From Gammaproteobacteria bacterium (lineage in GTDB: Bacteria > Pseudomonadota > Gammaproteobacteria > SZUA-229), in contig JASBSR010000007.1 of NCBI GenBank assembly GCA_030148865.1, forward strand, positions 642 through 64,641: 64,000 bases of DNA, written 5' to 3'. The notes beneath the pieces are model-generated. The model was not told the origin of the DNA. It made no database searches and was given only the letters and a program-made list of their open reading frames with translations. A program made the position numbers and the translations under genes. Shown here piece after piece: positions 40,689 to 49,245 of this stretch (within the stretch, counting starts at the first letter, position 1; each line of letters begins with the position of its first letter).

Positions 40689-40976
40689 CGACAAATTCGA
40701 CAGGCTCGCATTTGAATGTGTGTTTCTACGCAGCCCGAAGGATACTGATTTTTTCTGGAGAAAATTTCAACAGCTATTGTATAGCTGGTCTGGAAGGCGA
40801 ATTACAGGACGTAATTCGTAACGTGCAGGGAAGCGCTGTATAGACCTCACTACCACTATGTTATCAACCTGGGAAAAATGTAGAAACGTGGATTTCCGAC
40901 ACCGTCATTCGGGGATAGCGGTGTGGTGAGGATGAGGAGATGAAGCTGACCCCGGCATGCGCCGGGGTTGACAGGA
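40689..40976. repeat. Degenerate palindromic repeat tract
   Basis: cgacaaattcg...gcccgaagg; perfect stem cgaattac-aggac-gtaattcg (40798-40818); accccggcatgcgccggggt hairpin near 40949-40968. Confidence 0.45.
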
Positions 40977-41023
40977 AAGTGAGGATGACAAGAAAGTCAG
41001 TCAGGCGTGCGACTACGCCACCA

Positions 41024-41341
41024 TCACCCATGCACCAGCGCCACCACCTGATACGCTACTTCCTCATAGGGATGCGCCAGCTTCATCGCGGCAATAGCCG
41101 CGCCCAGTGTTGCCTCCAGGCATACCATCTCGACTTTGTATTCGGCGACGGTTTCCAGCAGGTCGTGCTTACCGAGCACGGGATTGCTGCCAGCGAGCGG
41201 ACGAAACTGGCCCTGACCCAGGCACTGCCAGCTGCAGCAGTCATAGTTACCGATATGGCCGGCACCGGCGGCAAACATCGCTTGCTTGACCGATTCACAG
41301 GCGTTTTCGGGGGCATAAAAACTTATCTGATACATAGGCAA
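41024..41341 (-). CDS. Stand-alone NIF3/YqfO PII-like insertion-domain protein
   Basis: MFAAGAGHIGNYDCCSW, G.GQFRP..GSNP..G, AHPYEEVAY. Confidence 0.88.
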   Translation of the reverse strand: MPMYQISFYAPENACESVKQAMFAAGAGHIGNYDCCSWQCLGQGQFRPLAGSNPVLGKHDLLETVAEYKVEMVCLEATLGAAIAAMKLAHPYEEVAYQVVALVHG

Positions 41342-41524
41342 ATCTCCTGGGGCAAATTTCTGTGGCTAATAAATATCTGTTGGCTATGGTAACCTGTGGC
41401 GCCTGTTCAGCCTGCCAGAGGTGCTAAATCCCTGATTGCTATGTGGACAGCATGAGCGCTGGCTTGTTTAGAATAGGCTTTCAAATATCTTACAATTCAA
41501 TCCAGATGAACAGGAAATAGCTAG

Positions 41525-41806
41525 ATGAGTGGTATCCAACTATCTGCCGAGCTGGTCTCAGACCTCAAGGCGACTGTCGTTAAACACGACCCCGAAGCTG
41601 AAAACGATCTGCTGTATATGCAGTACCTCACCGCTGTCAGCGGATTCTTGCTGGCGCATCAGGATGCTCCCGGCATGGATAAAAAGAGTCTGCTCAACGA
41701 TCTCTGTACCTTTATGGGTCAGGTCGCCGATCAGGTCGAGCGCGATCGCGCGCCGCCACAGCCTGCTGCGGACGCCTTCGGCGTCTGGAAACCGGGTCAG
41801 CCATAG
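41525..41806 (+). CDS. Conserved hypothetical protein
   Basis: RBS agga, 93 aa, QYLTAV.G and C-terminal AFGVWKP; natural composition. Confidence 0.7.
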   Translation: MSGIQLSAELVSDLKATVVKHDPEAENDLLYMQYLTAVSGFLLAHQDAPGMDKKSLLNDLCTFMGQVADQVERDRAPPQPAADAFGVWKPGQP

Positions 41807-41828
41807 CCGTATTCTCTCGGGTGAGTCG

Positions 41829-42500
41829 ATGAAGCACGATTTCTGGCACCAGCGCTGGCAAAATAACGAGATTGGCTTTCATCAGCAGGAGGTGAATCCC
41901 TATCTGGCACATTATTATGGTCATCTCGGCCCGGATCTGGCGGCGCGCAGCAATTTGAAAGTGTTTGTGCCGTTGTGCGGCAAGTCGCAGGATATGCTCT
42001 GGCTGTCGCAGAACGGCTATGCCGTGGTTGGGGTTGAAGTCAGCCAGATCGCGGTGGAAGATTTTTTCCGTGAAAATGCTCTGCCACTTGAAAAGAGCGA
42101 GCAGGGTGCGCATATCAAATATGCATCGGGCAATATCGAGATCTGGCAAGGCGATTATTTTACCCTGCAGCGCGAGCAACTCGGCGCGATCAGCGATGTT
42201 TACGACCGCGCTTCGTTGATCGCGCTGCCGCCCGAGATGCGTAGCGATTATGCCAGCAAAATGGCCGAGCTGCTGGCACCCGGTGAGCGCATATTGCTGG
42301 TCACGCTGAGTTATGATCAACAGCAGATGAGTGGCCCGCCGTTTTCTGTGGCTGCGGACGAAGTGCAAACGCTGTATCAGGCGAATTTTCAGATCGACAA
42401 ACTGGCGGCGAGAAATATTCTGGAGCAGGAACTGCGCTTTAAGCAAAAAGGATTAACCGCGCTGCACGAAACAGCCTATAAGTTAAAGCGTAATGAATAG
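41829..42500 (+). CDS. tpm: Thiopurine S-methyltransferase
   Basis: FWHQRW..NEIGFH, VFVPLCGKS.DM, YDRASLIALP, GPPFSV. Start at ATG 41829. Confidence 0.92.
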   Translation: MKHDFWHQRWQNNEIGFHQQEVNPYLAHYYGHLGPDLAARSNLKVFVPLCGKSQDMLWLSQNGYAVVGVEVSQIAVEDFFRENALPLEKSEQGAHIKYASGNIEIWQGDYFTLQREQLGAISDVYDRASLIALPPEMRSDYASKMAELLAPGERILLVTLSYDQQQMSGPPFSVAADEVQTLYQANFQIDKLAARNILEQELRFKQKGLTALHETAYKLKRNE

Positions 42501-42616
42501 TGAAAAATATTAAGGCCACAGCTTTAACAAAAAAATCATATCTGAATTGTGGCCTGGGTTAGTGTAGCGTAACTCGGGAACATCAAAATAGAACATCCAC
42601 AGAGAATCGATATCGA

Positions 42617-45583
42617 ATGAGTATCAAGGCAGTAGACATTTCCAGCCAGCTTTCCTCGGCACCGGCGAAGGTCCATCCCGCATTTGAATGGACCGGCACA
42701 CAAACCATCGAGTCGCTCAATATACATCTCGAGTCGTATCGTCACCGCAAAACGGGTGCACTGCATTACCATATTGCGGCGGATAATGCCGAGAATGTGT
42801 TTTTGGTCGCGTTTCGTACTGTGCCGATGGATTCCACCGGGGTTGCGCATATTCTTGAGCACACGGCATTGTGTGGCAGTAAAAATTATCCGGTACGCGA
42901 TCCTTTTTTTATGATGATTCGTCGTTCCCTGAATACTTTCATGAATGCGTTCACCAGCAGTGACTGGACTGCGTATCCGTTCGCCAGCAAAAACCGCAAA
43001 GATTTTAATAATTTAACCGATGTTTATCTCGACGCAGTGTTCTTCACGCGTCTCGATGAACTTGATTTTATGCAGGAAGGCCATCGCGTCGAATTTAAAT
43101 CACCCGGGGATGCCAGTAGCGAGCTGGAATACAAAGGTGTGGTGTTCAATGAAATGAAAGGTGCGATGAGTTCGCCGGTGAGTGTGCTCTGGCAAACGCT
43201 GAGTAAGCATCTGTATCCGACCAGCACCTATCACTACAATAGTGGGGGGGAACCGGATGATATTCCGGATTTAAGCTATCAGCAGCTGCGTGAGTTTCAT
43301 AAAACTCATTATCACCCCAGTAATGCGGTGTTCATGACCTTTGGTGATATCCCGGCGTTCGAGCACCAGAGCAAGTTTGAAGAACGTGCGCTGTCGCAGT
43401 TCGACAAGCTGGATGTGCATATTTCGGTGGCGCCCGAAAAACGCATACTCGCGCCAGTGATTGTTGAAGAAGCTTATGCCTTCGATATTACCGGTGACGA
43501 GACCACATCGAACAAAACCCATCATGTCATGGGCTGGCTGTTAGGACCGTGCACCTCATTAGACGAAATGATGCGCGCTAATCTGTTATCGCAGGTATTG
43601 CTGGATAACAGTTCCTCCCCCTTGCGGCTGGCACTGGAAAAATCCGAGCTCGGTACCTCACCGTCGCCGTTATGCGGTCTGGAAGACTCCAATTATGAAA
43701 TGTGTTTTCTCTGCGGTCTGGAAGGCAGCGAGCCGGAGCACGCACGCGCCTTTGAAAAACGGGTGCTCGATGTGCTCAATGATGTCGCCGACAACGGTGT
43801 ACCGCAGGAACAGGTGGAAGCCGTATTGCACCAGCTGGAACTAAGTCAGCGCGAAATCGGCGGTGACGGTTATCCCTTTGGTTTGCAGTTGATCCTAGGC
43901 GGACTGACTGCGGCGATTCATCGCGCTGATCCAGCGGTATTGCTCAATCTTGATCCGGTGATCGAGTCCTTGCGCGAAGACATTAAAGATCCTGACTTTA
44001 TCAAACAGCTGGTACGCGAGTATTTGCTCACCAATCAGCACCGCGTGTTGCTCACTATGCGACCCGATACTGAATTGAGTCAGCGCAAACAGGACGCAGA
44101 AAAACGACGCCTGCAGCTGATTAAAAATAATCTTAGCGACACGGACAAGCAGAACATTATCAAACGCTCGGTCGATCTCGCACAACGTCAGACTCAGGAA
44201 GATGATCCGGGTATCCTGCCAAAAGTAGGTCTCGAAGATGTGCCTGCGGATATCAGTATGCCCGAGGCACAGTCTGGCGAAATTGCTTCACGCCCGGCAG
44301 ACTTGTACGCGCAGGGCACCAATGGCATTGTCTATCACGAAATCGCCCTCGAGCTGCCGCAGCTGGACACTGCTGAACTCGACCTGCTGCCGTATTACAG
44401 CAGTAACCTGACCGAGCTCGGCTGTGGTGATAAATCCTATCTCGAAGTCCAGGCCTGGCAGTCGGCAATTAGTGGCGGCGTAGGCGCATCACCGAGTATT
44501 CGTGCCGGCACCGATGACGTACAGAAATCAAGGGGTTATTTACTGTACTCGGGTAAGGCGCTGGAACGCAATCACGTGGCACAGGCCGAGATGATGCGCG
44601 AGATCTTTCAGCATCTGCGCTTTGACGAGCACGAACGTATTCGCGAGCTGATTTCACAAAAGCGCGCGCGCCGTGAACGTAGTGTCACTGGCAGTGGCCA
44701 CAGTCTGGCAATGACCGCTGCTGCCAGTGGTTTTAGCCCGGTGGCAAACCTGGGGCATCGTTTCAATGGCCTGGAAGGTATTCGTATTCTCAAGCAGCTG
44801 GACGATGCCAATAAAGATCCGGCAGCGCTCAACGCGCTCGCTGATAGACTCGCAAGTCTGCACACCAGAATACAGCAGGCACCACGGCGTTATATGTTAA
44901 CCGCAGAAGCTGACAAGCTGGATGCTCTGGCAAACTCTTTCGGCGAAGTCTGGCAGGCAGATGCCGCTACCAGCGATACGGGATTTAATCTGGAACCGAT
45001 GCACACCGCCGTGCAGCAAATGTGGCTGAGCAATACTCAGGTGAATTTTTGTGCCAAAGCCTATTCCACGGTGGCGATGGATCATGCCGATGCTGCGGCA
45101 TTGTCTGTGCTCGGTGGTTTTATGCGTAATGGATTTTTGCATACCGCAATACGTGAAAAGGGCGGTGCCTATGGTGGCGGTGCCAGTCACGACACCAGCA
45201 ATGCAGCGTTTCGTTTTTATTCTTATCGCGACCCGCGTCTCCAGGAAACGCTGGATGATTTCGACCGTGCGATCGACTGGGTACTGAACCGTAAACATGA
45301 ATGGAGCCAGATCGAAGAAGCGATACTCGGTGTTATCGGTAGTCTCGACAAGCCCGGCTCGCCAGCAGGTGAGGCGCGCCATGCCTATCACAGTATGCTA
45401 CACGGCCGCACACGCGAAAAATTGCAGGCCTATCGTGAAGCCGTGCTGGCAGTGAAGCTGGCAGATCTGCAACGCGTCACCGAGCGCTATCTAACGCCCG
45501 AGCAGGCCAGCACGGCGGTGATTACCAGCACGGCGACGCATAAAAAAATCGGCGATCTTGGTTTAGAGCTGATTTACCTCTAA
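42617..45583 (+). CDS. M16C (presequence-protease-like) zinc metallopeptidase
   Basis: TGVAHILEH inverted zinc motif, LNTFMNAFT, GVVFNEMKG, SGGEP, IREKGGAYG, SYRDP. Confidence 0.93.
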   Translation: MSIKAVDISSQLSSAPAKVHPAFEWTGTQTIESLNIHLESYRHRKTGALHYHIAADNAENVFLVAFRTVPMDSTGVAHILEHTALCGSKNYPVRDPFFMMIRRSLNTFMNAFTSSDWTAYPFASKNRKDFNNLTDVYLDAVFFTRLDELDFMQEGHRVEFKSPGDASSELEYKGVVFNEMKGAMSSPVSVLWQTLSKHLYPTSTYHYNSGGEPDDIPDLSYQQLREFHKTHYHPSNAVFMTFGDIPAFEHQSKFEERALSQFDKLDVHISVAPEKRILAPVIVEEAYAFDITGDETTSNKTHHVMGWLLGPCTSLDEMMRANLLSQVLLDNSSSPLRLALEKSELGTSPSPLCGLEDSNYEMCFLCGLEGSEPEHARAFEKRVLDVLNDVADNGVPQEQVEAVLHQLELSQREIGGDGYPFGLQLILGGLTAAIHRADPAVLLNLDPVIESLREDIKDPDFIKQLVREYLLTNQHRVLLTMRPDTELSQRKQDAEKRRLQLIKNNLSDTDKQNIIKRSVDLAQRQTQEDDPGILPKVGLEDVPADISMPEAQSGEIASRPADLYAQGTNGIVYHEIALELPQLDTAELDLLPYYSSNLTELGCGDKSYLEVQAWQSAISGGVGASPSIRAGTDDVQKSRGYLLYSGKALERNHVAQAEMMREIFQHLRFDEHERIRELISQKRARRERSVTGSGHSLAMTAAASGFSPVANLGHRFNGLEGIRILKQLDDANKDPAALNALADRLASLHTRIQQAPRRYMLTAEADKLDALANSFGEVWQADAATSDTGFNLEPMHTAVQQMWLSNTQVNFCAKAYSTVAMDHADAAALSVLGGFMRNGFLHTAIREKGGAYGGGASHDTSNAAFRFYSYRDPRLQETLDDFDRAIDWVLNRKHEWSQIEEAILGVIGSLDKPGSPAGEARHAYHSMLHGRTREKLQAYREAVLAVKLADLQRVTERYLTPEQASTAVITSTATHKKIGDLGLELIYL

Positions 45584-45585
45584 GG

Positions 45586-45869
45586 GTGAACGATCAGACA
45601 GTCCATATCCTGTTACTGGTGGTGGACTGTCGCATTCGCTGAAGCAGAAACGCTCGGTGATAAAACGTCTGACAGATAAAATACGCGCGCGGCTCAATGC
45701 ATCGATCGCCGAAACCGGTTATCTCGATGAACGGCAGCGTGCGAGCATTGCAATTTCGATGGTGAGCAACAGCAATCGTTATCTGCAACAACAGTTCGCT
45801 TGCATTGAGCAGTATTTAGTCGATGTTCATGAAAGCAGCATCGTCAGTATTGAACAGCACTGGATGTAA
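45586..45869 (+). pseudogene. Frameshifted DUF503/YlxP-family gene
   Basis: GTG 45586 gives MNDQTVHILLLVVDCRIR*. A second frame gives SHSLKQKRSVIKRLTDKIRARLNASIAET...QRASIAISMVS, the DUF503 signature. Confidence 0.7.
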
Positions 45870-46128
45870 CAGCGAGTCGTATCTTGCCAGTGATCGATAA
45901 CACATCGATCAAGTTACCGGTTCGCCGGCAATGTGCATCACAACTACATATTATTGTGCCAGTACTCTGTGCCTGTATGATTGCCACCCGTGGTTTAGCA
46001 GCGTTCTGGTGCGACGTCTGATTTTTCGAAAAATATTTAGTGATGCTACTACTGAACCGATTGCTGCGAATATAGTATGAACATTCTAACCCCACACGAG
46101 GTTCACTCACATTTATTCAGGAGTTATT

Positions 46129-46467
46129 ATGAAAGTCGCTTATATTTTTTCTACTCAGGGTCATTCGGTATCGTACAAACTTGGCAAAATGATTCTGCCG
46201 CAACTCGAAGACAATGCGCACGGTGTCGAAGTCGTCGGCATGTTCTTTTTTGAAGACAATGCCTATGTGCTGCAAAAAGGCAATCCCATTGGTGAGCGTC
46301 TGGCTGCGGTGGCAAAAAAGACTGGTATGTTATTGATGGCCTGCGATCAGTGCGCCTACGAACGTGAGATCGAAGATATGCTGGTTGAAGGTGCCTGTAT
46401 TGGCTGTTTTCCGAATCTGTATACGGCCTTGTCTGGCAACATGCCTGATCAGGTGATTACGCTCTGA
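46129..46467 (+). CDS. DsrE-like (SaoD-type) protein
   Basis: Strong RBS aggag; MILPQLE...HGVEVVGMFFFEDN, MACDQCA.ER, GCFP, DQVITL. Confidence 0.8.
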   Translation: MKVAYIFSTQGHSVSYKLGKMILPQLEDNAHGVEVVGMFFFEDNAYVLQKGNPIGERLAAVAKKTGMLLMACDQCAYEREIEDMLVEGACIGCFPNLYTALSGNMPDQVITL

Positions 46468-46548
46468 TATGTTGACTTATCGAACTGTGATTCGCCCGAG
46501 TACGGGTGCGCTGCGTCTGTCAGCAGTTCGTGAACAGGTCGATGGGCT

Positions 46549-46851
46549 ATGGAAATTCTCTATATCGGCTCCATTGGGATTCTTTCACTGCAATCGCTGG
46601 AGCATTTACTCGCTAACAACTACACTGTGTGCGCGGTTGCTGCCGATCTCCCGGCAGCGCCCGCCGGTCGCACTCGCTGTGCTCCGGGTGTTGTTTGTCC
46701 CTGTAAGGTCAACAGTATCGATTATCCCTTGCTTGATGTGATCAGCTTTGAAGAATCATAAATACCAGAGGAAAACTGTGTGATTGATGGCAATGTCATA
46801 CAGCTGGGCAACAATTCCGGGGCGTTGCGGGCACGTTTGGCACTGGTATGA
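46549..46851 (+). pseudogene. Internally deleted formyltransferase-family gene
   Basis: N-terminus MEILYIGSIGILSLQSLEHLLANNYTVCAVA matches the formyltransferase beta1-alpha1-beta2 start. The catalytic core is absent; in-frame TAA at 46759, after which the frame continues IPEENCVIDGNVIQLGNNSGALRARL. Confidence 0.6.
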
Positions 46852-46889
46852 AGTGGGCCGGTATCGTCAGTGAAAAAGCTTTATAATAG

Positions 46890-47978
46890 GTGCTCGCGCT
46901 CACACTGGAATTTATTTTGACCCAACTGCAATCATATCAACTGGTCGAGACTCGCTTACAGGAGCAACTGGAAAACGGCACTGCACGCTGTAATCTCTGT
47001 CTGTGGCGCTGCAAAATTGGTCATGGCCAGCGTGGTTTCTGTCAGGCGCATGTGAATCGCAATGGCACACTTTATAATTTATCGTATGGTATTTTGTCCT
47101 CGGTTGATGTTGATAGCATTGAAAGCAAGCCGGTTAAACATTATCGTCCCGGTACCACAGTGATGTCGGTCGGCAGTTATGGTTGCAGCTTTCGCTGCGG
47201 CGGCTGCCATAATCTGGAAATATCCTGGGGTGTGGGCGCGCTCGATAAACTCGCCAAAGGTGAATCCAAAGAAGCCTGGGTGACACCAGAGAAACTCATC
47301 GCAGCAGCACAACGCGCCGGGGTTGACGGTATTGCTTTCACCTATTCTGAACCGGCAGTCTGGCTGGAATATGTGATTGATGTTTGCCAGCTGGCCCACG
47401 CAGCAGGGCTCTATACCGTTTATGTCTCGAACAGTTTTATCACCGACGAAGCGCTGAAACTGGTTGCGCCGCATCTGGATGTGCTGTGCTCGGATATCAA
47501 GAGCATGCGTGATGCGTTTTATAAAGAAATTTGCCGTCCAGCAAAAGTTTCGCAGGTGCTAGCGTCTATTAAAAAAGCACAGGAACTCGGTATTCACGTT
47601 GAAACTCGTACCAATGTGATTCCGGGTAAAAACGACGACCCGGCTGAGCATTACGAAATTGCCTGCTGGGTACGCGATAACCTGGGGGCGGACAGTCCCT
47701 GGCATATCACCAGATTTTTTCCTGCTTACAAACTGAGTCATGTACCACCAACGCCGGATGCGAGCCTGTACGCTGCTGAAGTCGAGGCGAAGCGAGCCGG
47801 GCTGAATAATGTTTATGTCTACAATGACAAAGGCTGTGACTGTGCAACTGAAAATCGCAGCATTGATTTTTATTTGGAAACGTCAGTCGAAGAGTTACAC
47901 CAGATTAAAAAATGCGCTGCTGATTGTTGTGATAGCGAAGGCGTGTTATTAAAGAAATATGAAATTAAGGGGTCATAA
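46890..47978 (+). CDS. AmmeMemoRadiSam-type (PflA-like) radical SAM enzyme with Cys-rich C-terminal tail
   Basis: N-terminal CNLCLWRC...GFC, D.IESKP, CSFRCGGC (CxxxCxxC), AFTYSEP, WHITRFFPAYKL; tail CDC...CAADCC. Start may be TTG 46917. Confidence 0.88.
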   Translation: MLALTLEFILTQLQSYQLVETRLQEQLENGTARCNLCLWRCKIGHGQRGFCQAHVNRNGTLYNLSYGILSSVDVDSIESKPVKHYRPGTTVMSVGSYGCSFRCGGCHNLEISWGVGALDKLAKGESKEAWVTPEKLIAAAQRAGVDGIAFTYSEPAVWLEYVIDVCQLAHAAGLYTVYVSNSFITDEALKLVAPHLDVLCSDIKSMRDAFYKEICRPAKVSQVLASIKKAQELGIHVETRTNVIPGKNDDPAEHYEIACWVRDNLGADSPWHITRFFPAYKLSHVPPTPDASLYAAEVEAKRAGLNNVYVYNDKGCDCATENRSIDFYLETSVEELHQIKKCAADCCDSEGVLLKKYEIKGS

Positions 47979-47987
47979 CTGAATGGC

Positions 47988-48081
47988 ACTTAACTTAAGC
48001 GTAACAAGAATTGGGCGTCATCATTCCCGCTAGAAACATGCGGGAACGACGAGAATATCTTTGATATGCTCTTAAGTAAGT
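47988..48081 (+). mobile_element. MITE-like element, short copy (94 bp)
   Basis: Imperfect terminal inverted repeats acttaacttaag / cttaagtaagt; one internal ttcccgc..gcgggaa hairpin; ends match 27594-27731. Confidence 0.7.
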
Positions 48082-48136
48082 ATCATCCGGGTCATGGCCC
48101 GTATAGTTACTACATTTGATTAGTTAAGAGGTTGTT

Positions 48137-48418
48137 ATGTCTAGAATAGTGAATTGTGTTGTGCTAAAAACTGAAGCCGAAGGCATGGAAGCGCCGCCGC
48201 ATCCGGGTGAACTGGGGCAGCGCATTTATGAAAACGTTTCCAAAGAAGGCTGGAAGCAGTGGTTAGAGCGTCTGACCACTATCATTAACGAAAATGGTTT
48301 GAATACAGCTGATCCGAAAAATATTGAGCTGATCGAAAAACATATGAAGGGATTTTTCTTTGGCGAAGGCGATTATGGTCAGATGCCAGCTGGTTTTAAG
48401 GCTGGCGGTGGTAAATGA
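48137..48418 (+). CDS. YggX-family Fe(II)-trafficking / oxidative damage protection protein
   Basis: MSRIVNCVVL (Cys7), PGELGQRIYENVSKEGW..W, INEN.L, MKGFFFG; RBS gagg. Confidence 0.9.
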   Translation: MSRIVNCVVLKTEAEGMEAPPHPGELGQRIYENVSKEGWKQWLERLTTIINENGLNTADPKNIELIEKHMKGFFFGEGDYGQMPAGFKAGGGK

Positions 48419-48445
48419 CAATCTCGTCTTAATGCCATAGCTGTG

Positions 48446-49243
48446 TTAGAAAAAGTGCCGCGCTTGCGGCACTTTTTCGTTGCCGAAGAAATCAACCAGA
48501 TTGTCATAATACTCAGGCTCGCCTGAAATTGAATTGTGGTCAGTATTTTTGATCTGTTTTGTGACTAATATGTTTTCTGGTAAATGTGCTGCCAGATTAT
48601 CGGTGAAGCGAGCGGGAATCAGCCGGTCGTGTTCGGCTGATAATATCAATGTTTCAGCGCTGATCTGGTTGGCGTATTTCCATGACTCATATGTATCTTC
48701 CATCAACAGGCTAACCGGAAAGATGGGGTACTGTGATTGTGCAATATTGAGGATGCTGTCATAAGGCGTAACCAGCGCGAGTTTGTGCACCGGTCGCTGG
48801 GCAGCGACATAGACAGCTATGCCGCTGCCCAGGCTTTTGCCGATGAGATCGATACGGCTATGAGCTTTATGTACATGGTCGAAGATTGCTAGCGCATCAC
48901 CGTATAAGTGTTCTTGTGTCGGTTTGCCTTCGCTTTCGCCGTAACCGCGATAGTTCACAAAATAAATAGTGTGTGCAGGAAATAGCACTGTAAAATTTTG
49001 TATAAAAAAGTCGATGCGTTCCGCATTGCCGCCGTAATAAATCATGGCATCTTGTCTGTCAGGATTAACTATCCAGCCGCGCAGAGTGATACCCTCATGC
49101 TGAAATTCGAAATTGTGTTCAGCTTCGTAAGTGCTGGCTTGTCTTGGAAAATACAAAAACTGACGCTGTAAGAAATACATACTGATAACAGCCACCAGAT
49201 AAAGTCCGGTTGCGGATACGATTATCCAGCGAAGTGTCGACAT
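48446..49243 (-). CDS. Membrane-anchored alpha/beta hydrolase (ABHD13/17-like)
   Basis: N-terminal TM, QRQFLYFP, YYGGNAE, NYRGYG.SEG, GKSLG nucleophile elbow, D and H. RBS ggaga before ATG 49243. Confidence 0.88.
   Translation of the reverse strand: MSTLRWIIVSATGLYLVAVISMYFLQRQFLYFPRQASTYEAEHNFEFQHEGITLRGWIVNPDRQDAMIYYGGNAERIDFFIQNFTVLFPAHTIYFVNYRGYGESEGKPTQEHLYGDALAIFDHVHKAHSRIDLIGKSLGSGIAVYVAAQRPVHKLALVTPYDSILNIAQSQYPIFPVSLLMEDTYESWKYANQISAETLILSAEHDRLIPARFTDNLAAHLPENILVTKQIKNTDHNSISGEPEYYDNLVDFFGNEKVPQARHFF
48449..48478. terminator. Bidirectional-type Rho-independent terminator between the convergent arms
   Basis: 13-bp stem gaaaaagtgccgc-gctt-gcggcactttttc; overlaps the last codons of the hydrolase gene. 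Confidence 0.75.
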
Positions 49244-49245
49244 TG

